Below, one piece after another: positions 49,236 to 57,434 of a DNA stretch of 64,000 bases. Under the pieces are notes generated by a model. The model made no database searches, was not told the DNA's origin, and was given only the letters and a program-made list of their open reading frames with translations. Source of the DNA: Ancylobacter novellus. Its GTDB lineage: Bacteria; Pseudomonadota; Alphaproteobacteria; Rhizobiales; Xanthobacteraceae. How positions within the stretch are numbered: position 1 is the first letter of the stretch; every line of letters starts with the position of its first letter. The stretch lies in assembly GCA_003241485.1 (NCBI GenBank), contig QFQD01000003.1, positions 47,720 through 111,719 of the forward strand, read 5' to 3'. The position numbers and the translations under genes were made by a program.

Positions 49236-49583
49236 ATGGCCAGGTCCGCTTGCGTACCGCCTCCGCCGGCAAATCGCATTGCGATCATTGTGATGAAATC
49301 CGACGCGGGCCCTGCACTCTGTCCCTTCTTCGGCAAGTGCGATGGAATATGGATCGTCGATACGCTCACGGGCGCGACCGAGTTCCGCGCCAACCCCCAG
49401 CGCACGTCAACCGCGCTATGCGATCTCATTGTCGCGGCCAGACCGGGTCGCTTGGTTTGCGGTTTTATCGGCGAGCCGGAGAAACAGAAACTTTGTGCTG
49501 CTGGGATCGATGTGAGGCTCGGCTCTTGCGCGAGGACGATTCAGGAGCTTGTGGCCTGTTTTCCCGCTCTCGTTGCCGCATGA
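49236..49583 (+). CDS. NifB/NifX-family (dinitrogenase FeMo-cofactor-binding fold) single-domain protein
   Basis: GAGGAA RBS. RIAIIVMKSDAGPALCPFFGKCDGIWIVD matches the N-terminal pattern of this fold. 115 aa. No nif genes are nearby. Confidence 0.6.
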   Translation: MARSACVPPPPANRIAIIVMKSDAGPALCPFFGKCDGIWIVDTLTGATEFRANPQRTSTALCDLIVAARPGRLVCGFIGEPEKQKLCAAGIDVRLGSCARTIQELVACFPALVAA

Positions 49584-49657
49584 CGTCCGGTTACCGCGGG
49601 CGGGACAGGCGGCGCATTTAATTGATCCTGCTGCGTCGATCCACACCCGGCGGATGT

Positions 49658-49671
49658 TTAACCGGGATCAA
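49658..49671. promoter_or_regulatory. Fnr/FixK-like dyad TTAAC-CGGG-ATCAA (followed by AG)
   Basis: Intergenic, centre about 158 nt upstream of the DUF2933 ATG. Confidence 0.5.
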
Positions 49672-49822
49672 AGATTCAGAACAGATGGCCGGCCATGGTT
49701 CGAGCGCTGTCGTGTCGGTCGAAGGATGGCGCCGGGCCGATGCCAGCGTGCGTCGTCTAGCGAATTCTCGACGGTTCTAGAGCGTGTCGGTGCGTCCCGG
49801 TCTGACGTGGGTGGAGTTTCCA

Positions 49823-50095
49823 ATGGAACACGATGGTCATGGTGGTGAGGGTGGCATCTTTCGCTTCCGCGCGAACTGGGTCCTGATCGGCTTTCTCGCG
49901 ATCGGCGGCTTCTATCTTCTGACCGAGCACCGTGCGCATCTCATCCCTTATCTGGGGTACTTGCCGTTCCTGCTGATTCTCGCCTGCCCGTTGATGCACG
50001 TTTTCATGCATGGCGGCCACGGCGGACATGGGGGCGGAGACGACAGCAGAAGCGGATCGGCGGACGCCCGCAAGAATCAGCCCCACAATCACTGA
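49823..50095 (+). CDS. DUF2933-family small membrane protein with His/Gly-rich termini
   Basis: GGTGGAG RBS. LLTEHRAHLIPYLGYLPFLLILACPLMHVFMHGGHGGHGG matches the DUF2933 pattern. Confidence 0.7.
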   Translation: MEHDGHGGEGGIFRFRANWVLIGFLAIGGFYLLTEHRAHLIPYLGYLPFLLILACPLMHVFMHGGHGGHGGGDDSRSGSADARKNQPHNH

Positions 50096-50123
50096 GCCGC
50101 GATCAACGATCCGGAGGTCGACC

Positions 50124-50786
50124 ATGAACGACGACGTTCCTGCCTATGGCCTCTGGTCACTGGTGATTATCAATTCGGCGATCTTCATCTTCTTCGCCTT
50201 CACTTTCTTCAAGCCGCAGACCAAGCGCGACTGGCGGTCCTTCGGCGCCTTCAGCGCCTTTCTGGTCGCGCTGTTCACCGAGATGTATGGGTTCCCGCTC
50301 ACGATCTATCTGCTCTCAGGCTGGCTGCAGAGCCGCTTTCCGGGCGTCGATTGGTTCTCCCATGACGCCGGACATCTTCTCGAGGAGATGTTCGGCTGGA
50401 GAGCCAATCCGCATTTCGGGCCGTTTCATCTGTTGAGCTTCGTGTTCATCGGCGGCGGCTTTGTCCTCATCTCGGCCGGCTGGAAGGTGCTGTACCAAGC
50501 CCAACGCCATCATGCGCTCGCGACCGGCGGCGTCTACGCCTACGTGCGGCATCCGCAATATGTCGGCTTCGTGCTGGTGATGTTCGGCTTCCTCTTGCAG
50601 TGGCCGACCTTGCTGACACTCGCGATGTTCCCGGTGCTAGTGTTCATGTACGTGCGCCTCGCGCGTGCCGAAGAACGCGAGTCTCTGGCCGAATTCGGCG
50701 CTGACTATGAACGATATATGCAAGAGGTTCCGGGTTTCATTCCACGGCTCGGTGGCCCGAGACGCAGCAGCGCTGGCCAGGGTTGA
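50124..50786 (+). CDS. Isoprenylcysteine carboxyl methyltransferase (ICMT)-family membrane methyltransferase
   Basis: GGAGG RBS at 50113-50117. TM-rich. C-terminal GGVYAYVRHPQYVGFVLVMFG...EERESLAEFGADYERY is typical of the ICMT/PEMT superfamily. Confidence 0.8.
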   Translation: MNDDVPAYGLWSLVIINSAIFIFFAFTFFKPQTKRDWRSFGAFSAFLVALFTEMYGFPLTIYLLSGWLQSRFPGVDWFSHDAGHLLEEMFGWRANPHFGPFHLLSFVFIGGGFVLISAGWKVLYQAQRHHALATGGVYAYVRHPQYVGFVLVMFGFLLQWPTLLTLAMFPVLVFMYVRLARAEERESLAEFGADYERYMQEVPGFIPRLGGPRRSSAGQG

Positions 50787-50861
50787 ACAGCGAGTTTCAG
50801 GCGTCGCCGCAGCAGGCTAGGCCTCGCCGTTACAAGCCACAACGCGAAGGAATTGGCTCCA

Positions 50862-51383
50862 ATGATCAAGACGCCCTCCATTTCCGTCCTTCTATTCAGC
50901 GCCATGCTCCTCGCGGGGACTCCCGCCTCGGCCAACGACGAGCATCATCCCGACGCCGGAGCTGAAGCGCCAAGCGCACCTTCGAGCGCGCCGGGTTCAC
51001 AAATGCCCATGGGCGGCATGATGTCGACGATGGGTGCTGGCGGTATGCCCATGATGGGAATGATGACCGGGCACATTGAGGGCCGGTTGGCATTCCTGAA
51101 GACCGAGCTCAAGATCACCGACGTTCAGGAATCCAAATGGAACGTGTTCGCAGACGCCGTGCGAGCCAACGCGAAGGCGATGATGGGCATGCGCGAGGGT
51201 ATGATGCAGGCGCGCGGCGGCGCTCTCCCGGTGCGCCTTGAGCGGATCGAGAAGGCCATGACTCTATGCCAGGAATCGCTCCGGACAATCAAAGCAGCGG
51301 TGGAGCCGCTCTATGCGAGCTTCAGTGACGAACAAAAGCGCGCTGCCGACCAGTTGATGGTGAGTCCGATGGGTCTATTCTGA
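50862..51383 (+). CDS. Periplasmic Spy/CpxP/ZraP-like helical protein with a Met-rich N-terminal segment
   Basis: Signal peptide. Met-rich stretch QMPMGGMMSTMGAGGMPMMGMMTGH. LTxxQ-like elements (LKITDVQESKW; FSDEQKRAADQL). Confidence 0.7.
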   Translation: MIKTPSISVLLFSAMLLAGTPASANDEHHPDAGAEAPSAPSSAPGSQMPMGGMMSTMGAGGMPMMGMMTGHIEGRLAFLKTELKITDVQESKWNVFADAVRANAKAMMGMREGMMQARGGALPVRLERIEKAMTLCQESLRTIKAAVEPLYASFSDEQKRAADQLMVSPMGLF

Positions 51384-51474
51384 ACGAAAGTATTTGCGGG
51401 TAAGCAGAACCAATCGTCTCGCTGGAAGCTGGTTTGGCGAGCCGCGCGGACCGCGCGGACAACGACTGCGGATT

Positions 51475-52005
51475 TCATGACGCGTTGTCGCCGAACCCAT
51501 CTTGTGGTCCGGTGAGTGTAGTTAGCGCTTGCTGGACGCGCTCTTCCTGACCAACTGCTGCGGTACTTGCAGTCATTGCCTCGAAGTCGCGCCGCAGGCC
51601 GGCGCGCAAAAACCCCATCAACTTTATGAAGGTGTTCGGCGACTGAGGATGCCCTCTACCCTGGAGCGATTTCGAGCGAAGCAGGCGCGTGGTGGCCGAA
51701 CCGCGCGCCTGTTTAGTCGCGTCGGACCGGCCGTCACGCGTGTCATGCAACACGATGTCGTTCGCGCTGGGTGCTTGTCCCTGAAGCGCATACGACGAAT
51801 CGACCAGCGCGCCAGATGGATGTCGGACCGTGCTCAGCAGCGCGCCGCCGCGTGCCTAGGGCACCTTGGTGAACTGCACCCCCAAAGCCTTGGCGATGGC
51901 CACGGCCGGATCTTGACCGAGAGCGCAGCGGCTGCATGGAATAGACCAGCTTCCGGCAGGCGGACTCTGCTTGGCGTCGGCCCATCCGAGGACCGTGCGC
52001 GTCAT
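51475..52005 (-). pseudogene. Unidentified reading frame of about 176 codons with coding-like GC3 bias, interrupted by one in-frame TAG (51856-51858); divergent from the LuxR gene
   Basis: The minus-strand frame is open from ATG 52005 to TGA 51475 apart from the single TAG. Third positions are mostly G/C on both sides of the TAG. There is no recognisable family and only a weak RBS. Confidence 0.25.
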
Positions 52006-52138
52006 CTCTTCGACCCCGGACAATCTTCAGCGAGAAGGAGCGCATAGGCCATTCGACGTGGGTGGTGCGCCAGAAATCCAAGTGTTCCCTGTCCATGTGG
52101 GAGTACGACGGAGCGAATGCGAGAGGAAGGTAGATGCG

Positions 52139-52840
52139 ATGAGAACCTGGTTCCAACGGCTGACCGATGTCTCCTCCCTGGCGCGCACCGAGCAGACACT
52201 TAAGGAGGCACTCGCGGAGCTGGTGCAGGATCTTGGGTTTGATGGCTATGCCTATCTAAACGTCCAGCCGGTGCGCATCTTTGCGGTCTCCAACTACGCC
52301 CCCGAATGGCAGGCCCGATATCTCACACAGAACTACGCCATGATCGATCCGGTCGTCTCCATGGCAAAGGAGCAGATGAAGGCCTTTGCATGGGCCGCCG
52401 CGGCGCCGCGCTCCCTCTCCAAGCCGCTGCGCCGCTTCTATTCCGAGGCGGGTGATTTCGGAATCAGATCCGGAATCTCGATTCCTGTGAGGACGGCTTT
52501 CGGGCACATGTCGATGCTGACGCTGGCATCGCACAAGCCGTCGCTCAACCTTGAGACCGACATCGATCAGATCGCGGCGGTGACGGCGGTCGCCCAGCTC
52601 CACGCGAAGATGGAGCAGCAGGGTGCGGAACCGACGGCCAGCGTGGCGATCGATCTGAAGGCGAAGCAGGCTCTCTGCCTAAAATGGTCCGCCGAAGGGA
52701 AGACGATGAAGGATATCGCTTCCATCGAGGGCATGTCGTTCGCGACGGTGAACTTCCACCTGAACAATGCTCGGAAGGCGCTCGATGCAGGAAGCCTGGC
52801 ACAGGCGACGGCTCTCGCCACGAAGCTCAAGCTGATCTGA
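52139..52840 (+). CDS. LuxR-family autoinducer-binding transcriptional regulator (no luxI in the window)
   Basis: GAGAGGAAGG RBS. AHL-pocket pattern W..RY....Y..IDPV, AFAW and GISIPV. C-terminal HTH LKWSAEGKTMKDIASIEGMSFATVNFHLNNARKAL. Confidence 0.88.
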   Translation: MRTWFQRLTDVSSLARTEQTLKEALAELVQDLGFDGYAYLNVQPVRIFAVSNYAPEWQARYLTQNYAMIDPVVSMAKEQMKAFAWAAAAPRSLSKPLRRFYSEAGDFGIRSGISIPVRTAFGHMSMLTLASHKPSLNLETDIDQIAAVTAVAQLHAKMEQQGAEPTASVAIDLKAKQALCLKWSAEGKTMKDIASIEGMSFATVNFHLNNARKALDAGSLAQATALATKLKLI

Positions 52841-53058
52841 GTGGCCCGCTCCCGCCAGCACTTCGGCACCGGCGGGGCTTGCCCAGCCCGGCGAGGAGCG
52901 TCGAAAGCAGGGCCTGCTAGGCGTCAATATCTGTCATCGGGAGGCATGGGCGATGCGGGTAGAGCCCATAATGTCGCAACCAGGGCCGGGCGGGCCCTTG
53001 CACGATGACGTTGATGGGGTGTGCACAACCTCATCAACGATCTGCATGCAATTGCTGC

Positions 53059-53412
53059 CTATTGCTGCTGCAGCGACCTCAGATACGCGACAATGTCGGC
53101 GCGGTCCTGTGGGTTCGTCATTGCGCCAGCCGTCATCTTTGTGCCGGGTACGACCTAGCTCGGCCTCGGCCGCGTCAGGAAAGCATTGAGCGTTGTCTCG
53201 TCCCACGTTGTGGCGTAGCCGGCCTTTCCCTTTGAATAGTTGTAGCCGCTCGCCGTGCCGGCGACACGTCCATAGCCTGGCAGGAGCGTTCTCCGAAATC
53301 TCAGCCATGTAACTACCCTGTCATTTCGCACCCGCCAGGTCTTTGCCCGGCCCTGCCGATCGGCTGCGGCGCTGCCCTTGGCGATCAGCCGCGAGTTCCG
53401 CTGTCCGCGCAT
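53059..53412 (-). pseudogene. Class I cytochrome c pseudogene (in-frame TAG at 53155-53157; CxxCH region not intact)
   Basis: GRVAGTASGYNYSKGKAGYATTWDETTLNAFL, then TAG, then VVPGTKMTAGAMTNPQDRADIVAYLRSL in the same frame. This matches the C-terminal two-thirds of cytochrome c2/c550. No CxxCH is readable upstream in this frame. Confidence 0.55.
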
Positions 53413-53415
53413 TCG

Positions 53416-54528
53416 TCATGAATCACCGGCCTCGGCATCCGCCGCATTGAGATGATGTTCGAGCGCTTCGATGCTGGCGATCACGTCGGCGAAGGCCGGC
53501 GGCGTGCCGAAGATCATCGCTGTCATACGCGCATAGTCGGCCACGAGCTTTGCTCGCATGTCCGGCGTCGGGACGAGGCGATAGCTACCCGGTACGGCTC
53601 GGTCGTAGCGATGATCCAGCACGCGAAACATCAACTCCTTGTGCTGCCGGCAGGCTTCGGCGAGATCGCGCATCGACGCGGTCGCGACGCCATAGTCGGG
53701 ATGCGTCCAGATCTGATGGACGTCGTAGTAGTGACGCGAGTACCGATTGAGATCGGGCGCGGGCCGTTCCGGATTAGCGTCCTCACGGCGCTTCTCCGTC
53801 ATCTCCGTCATCGCGTGCAGGATCAGCACCTTTTCCCAGAAGGTCCGCTCCGGCTTGACGGTCGTCACGTTGCGAACCGTGAGATCCATCCCCTCCGGCA
53901 TTTCGTCGGCGATGTAGGGGACGATCTTGCGCGGCTCCGCCGGCTCTGGATCGGGGCGCGCGCCGCCCTCGATGCGGACCGCAGCCTGCACATAGCTCTC
54001 CGAGGTATAAAAGACGCTTTTGTAGGCAACCACCAGAATGTCGAGCGCGTCCCTGTTGCGATAATTGTCGAATCCGAAGCCGAGCGTGAAATGTCCTGGC
54101 AGCTCGGCGGCCTCCTCGACTGCCGCGATCTCCTTTGCCAGCAGCTCCTTTAGCGGCCCGGAAATGTATTGACGCGCCGCCTCGTCGACCTTCTCCGCCA
54201 GCGTGCGCTGCTGCTGGTTCACCGAGGGGAGGGCGGCGATCTCAGCTTCAAGCGGGACATGCAGGTCGGCCTTGTAGATGCCGATGTCGATATCCTCGGA
54301 AAAGCGGCGGATCAGTCCATACGCCTTGCTCAGGCTCGTGCCGCCCTTGAAGTAAAGACCGATCGGATCGTCACCGCGACGATTGAACAGGAAGTCGAGC
54401 ACCCAGCAGACATAGAGATCTTTCTCGATGTTCTCCGCTTGTGTCTCAAGATGCGCGGCGACCGTCTCGAACAGCGCGCGGCGTTCGTCGACGCTCGAGC
54501 GCAGGATCTCAACGAACGTCTTCTGCAT
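53416..54528 (-). CDS. abiEii: AbiEii/AbiGii-family nucleotidyltransferase toxin (type IV TA / abortive infection)
   Basis: 370 aa. YFKGGTSLSKAYGLIRRFSEDIDI is typical of DUF1814/AbiEii. It overlaps the upstream abiEi by 20 nt. Confidence 0.88.
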   Translation of the reverse strand: MQKTFVEILRSSVDERRALFETVAAHLETQAENIEKDLYVCWVLDFLFNRRGDDPIGLYFKGGTSLSKAYGLIRRFSEDIDIGIYKADLHVPLEAEIAALPSVNQQQRTLAEKVDEAARQYISGPLKELLAKEIAAVEEAAELPGHFTLGFGFDNYRNRDALDILVVAYKSVFYTSESYVQAAVRIEGGARPDPEPAEPRKIVPYIADEMPEGMDLTVRNVTTVKPERTFWEKVLILHAMTEMTEKRREDANPERPAPDLNRYSRHYYDVHQIWTHPDYGVATASMRDLAEACRQHKELMFRVLDHRYDRAVPGSYRLVPTPDMRAKLVADYARMTAMIFGTPPAFADVIASIEALEHHLNAADAEAGDS

Positions 54529-55261
54529 AATCGCCCTTCGCGCGCTTGGTGGCCGGCGCGCTTCCGCTTTGATCCCCAGCTAGCCGGCGCGTGATCGTCT
54601 CGACCAGCGGATACATCCAGGCCGGCATCGCGTGGATATTGTCGCGCAGATCCTCCACGACCTTCTCCCGGTTCGGATCGCGCTCGAGATGCCGGACGAT
54701 GCCGTTCACCGCGGCGTCGAGGCTCGCCTTCTCATCCCGAAACCATGCGAGCGCCTGGACGACACGCATGGCCGGCCGCCCGGCCCAGAACGCTGTCTTC
54801 GCCGCGATGCGCTTGAAGTCGAGCTTGTAGATGACGGGCTTCGTCACCTTGGGATCGCCGGCGCTCGCCTCGATCTCGATCGTCCGGGGATAGGTATCGG
54901 CATAGATCGTCGAGCGCGCCGGCACGGCTGTCGTCAGGCCGAGATCGTTCGCGGCGGTCATGCCGTCGACGAGGACCCTCAGCTTGTCACGCCGTGCGAT
55001 CGCGTCGATGAACGAGGCGCGCGGCGGAAACACCATCTTGCCGGTCAGCTTGCTGACTCCCGGCTTGTCGTAGAGACCGCGATAGGGCCGGCGGATGTCG
55101 CCGCGCAGGGTCAGCCGCTGCAGTGCTTTCTCGACGGCGTTCGGCGTTCCGATGTCGAGGAAATCGGCGCGCGACCACACGCCGCCCGGCGCCGCCTGGG
55201 CGATCCGGGCATGGATGCGGTCGAGGGTGTCGGACGTCGGGTCGGGCATGGGACCGCTCAT
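54509..55261 (-). CDS. abiEi: AbiEi-family antitoxin / transcriptional regulator (DUF6088-like)
   Basis: 250 aa. N-terminal winged-helix-like region (AVEKALQRLTLRGDIRRPYRGLYDKP). Called from its position and its overlap with abiEii. Confidence 0.8.
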   Translation of the reverse strand: MSGPMPDPTSDTLDRIHARIAQAAPGGVWSRADFLDIGTPNAVEKALQRLTLRGDIRRPYRGLYDKPGVSKLTGKMVFPPRASFIDAIARRDKLRVLVDGMTAANDLGLTTAVPARSTIYADTYPRTIEIEASAGDPKVTKPVIYKLDFKRIAAKTAFWAGRPAMRVVQALAWFRDEKASLDAAVNGIVRHLERDPNREKVVEDLRDNIHAMPAWMYPLVETITRRLAGDQSGSAPATKRAKGDYAEDVR

Positions 55262-55285
55262 TTCTATCCGAAAATTATATACAAA

Positions 55286-55348
55286 AATTGGTCAGTAGCA
55301 ACTTTCGAAATGCGCACTGACCAGAATTTATATCCAAACATTGGTCAG
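55286..55348. promoter_or_regulatory. Candidate AbiEi operator: three copies of ATTGGTCAG (two direct, one inverted and imperfect) in an AT-rich promoter region
   Basis: AATTGGTCAG at 55286-55295, CTGACCAGAATT at 55317-55328 (inverted) and ATTGGTCAG at 55340-55348. All lie within 90 nt upstream of the abiEi ATG. Confidence 0.4.
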
Positions 55349-55534
55349 CCACAGCCCGCCTGCCCCCTTTCCCGCCAGACGATCCCCGATCTGTCGTGTC
55401 CGAGCATCGGACACGGATCGTCCGGCTTGAGGGCCGAACAGCGCAGCAGCGTGCAGTTCTGCCCTTCGGGCTGGTGGCGATCGACCGGATTCTTCCGGGA
55501 CGAGAGTTGATGTGCGGCGCGCAGTGGCTACGTG

Positions 55535-56230
55535 TTACAATGCGCGACGCGCCCAACCCTGTTCGCGTCGGCGCTCGAGATCATCGCGGGCTCGGCGGGG
55601 CGTTCGAACGATGCTGCATTTTTCGGACGCCTTGGCATCCTCCCGCGGCAGGCCTTTATAGGAGCGGGAGCTGAACTTCTCTCTCTCGGCCTGACTAGGC
55701 AATCTGTCCAACGACGAGACCGTCACGCCGATCAATCGGATGCCCTTTGCGACCGGGAATAGCCGCGCAAGCAAGGAGACGGCGAGGGCTTCGATATCCG
55801 CTGATGCTGAAATCGCCACGCCGACCGTCCGGCTGCGCGTGATCTACTGGAAGTCGGCGTATTTCACCTTCATCGCCACGGTCCGGCCCCGAATCTCGTT
55901 CGCCTCGCAGTAGCGCCAGACCTTTGCAATGAGCGGTACGAGCTCAGCCCGCGCGGCAGCGAGCTCGAAGATATCGGCGCCGACCGACTTGCGCGGACGG
56001 TCGGGCTCGACGGGCCTTTCGTCGATTGCCCGCGCGATCCGATAGTACCAGGAGCCGGCTTTCCCGAAATTCTGCTGCAGAAAGGCAAGCGGCCTCGCCT
56101 TCAAATCGGCCCCCGTCTCGATGCCGAGCCTCCGGGGATGCCGCTTGCGAGCGGGCGGCGGCAAGGGGAGCTGCGCCGCGGCTGGCTTGCGAACCGCACT
56201 GCCGAAATCATCAGTTGCCAGCCGCGCCCT
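55535..56230 (-). pseudogene. dinB: DNA polymerase IV (DinB) remnant: C-terminal thumb and little-finger region only, with an in-frame TAG at 55844-55846
   Basis: RLGIETGADLKARPLAFLQQNFGKAGSWYYRIARAIDERPVEPDRPRKSVGA...IRGRTVAMKVKYADFQ, then TAG, then ITRSRTVGVAISASADIEALAVSLLARLFPVAKGIRLIGVTVSSL in the same frame. The catalytic N-terminal half is absent. The upstream boundary is approximate. Confidence 0.7.
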
Positions 56231-56333
56231 TGCCGCCTTCGCTCTTCGCGGCAGCTGGGGGTCGCCTCGCGACATGCGGGGAGGAGACCCCAAGCAGGAA
56301 AGGCCGGACACCGATGGGTGCCGGGAAGAGGCG

Positions 56334-57290
56334 ATGGAAAGGAATGACGTCGAAGAGCTGAAGGAGCGTGTCATGTGCGCCGCCGTGCTGGAAAAGGCCG
56401 GCTTTGCGATCGACCTGAAGGAGAGCACGCGCCGAGCCGTCAAATATCGCCGGGGCGACGACATCGTCATCGTCATCCACGACGGCAGGGGCTGGTTCGA
56501 TCCGCTGTCCGACGCGAAAGGCGACGTCTACGCGCTCGTCGCACATCTCGATCGGGTCGGATTTCCCGAGTGCCTCGAGCATGTGGCGGGCCTCGTGGGG
56601 TTTGCCCCCACGGAGCCCCACTGGACGCGGCCAGCGCGGAAGCGGGAGGCGGACGTCGCCGTCGGCGAGCGCTGGTGCCGCCGCCGCAAACCCTGGCCCG
56701 GATCCTTGACCTGGCGCTACCTCGGCGAGGAGCGGGCACTTTCCGATGCAACGATCCGCGCCGCGATCCGTCATGATCGTTTGAGGGAAGGTCCGCATGG
56801 CAGCATGTGGGCGGCGCACACCGATGACACGGGCCTCGTGACCGGTTGGGAGGAGCGGGGACCCGAGTGGCGCGGATTCGCCACCGGCGGCGCCAAGGTC
56901 CTGTTTCGCTTCGGCCCCGTCGACGCATTCCGGTTCTGCCTCACCGAGGCGGCGATCGACGCCATGAGCTTGGCGGTGATCGAGGACATGCGGCCCGACA
57001 GCCTGTTTCTCAGCACCGGCGGCGGCTGGTCGCCGTCGACGGATGCGGCCATCCGGGCCCTCGTCACCCGGGAGAACGCCTTCCTGGTGGCTGCCACGGA
57101 CAACAACGGGCAGGGTGACGTCTACGCGGAGCGCCTTCGGGCGATTGCGCATGAGGCCTCCTGCCGCTTCGAGCGCCTGCGTCCAACCGCGGAGGACTGG
57201 AACGCGGATCTCCGGATGATGAGGAAGAAGGGAGGAGAGGAGGAAGGCGAGAACCTGCTGCCGCATGCCCGCCGGTCGCGTCAAGGGTGA
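56334..57290 (+). CDS. DUF3991 plus Toprim-domain protein (plasmid/ICE backbone type)
   Basis: GGGAAGAGG RBS. 318 aa with N-terminal DUF3991-like and C-terminal Toprim-like parts (CLTEAAIDAMSLA, VAATDNNGQGDVYAERL). The family is recalled from Rhizobiales conjugative elements. Confidence 0.75.
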   Translation: MERNDVEELKERVMCAAVLEKAGFAIDLKESTRRAVKYRRGDDIVIVIHDGRGWFDPLSDAKGDVYALVAHLDRVGFPECLEHVAGLVGFAPTEPHWTRPARKREADVAVGERWCRRRKPWPGSLTWRYLGEERALSDATIRAAIRHDRLREGPHGSMWAAHTDDTGLVTGWEERGPEWRGFATGGAKVLFRFGPVDAFRFCLTEAAIDAMSLAVIEDMRPDSLFLSTGGGWSPSTDAAIRALVTRENAFLVAATDNNGQGDVYAERLRAIAHEASCRFERLRPTAEDWNADLRMMRKKGGEEEGENLLPHARRSRQG

Positions 57291-57434
57291 AGCTTCGCCC
57301 GGCTGCGCCGGCCCTTGACCCGCCCGGACGGAGAGGCGGCCGCGAGAGAGGGGTCATGAAGGGCTGAAGAGAAGATGGTGATCCCCGGGAAGGGGAGCCG
57401 CGCTCCGGCCCGACGAGGCTGAAAGGAGCCCGCC

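Noticed and set aside
49697-49703. GGTTCGA, a T-loop-like string (another occurs inside the DUF3141 gene near 46511), checked as possible tRNA genes including a putative amber suppressor
   Set aside because: The flanking sequence cannot be folded into T-arm or acceptor stems. I could draw no cloverleaf, so no tRNA is called in this window.
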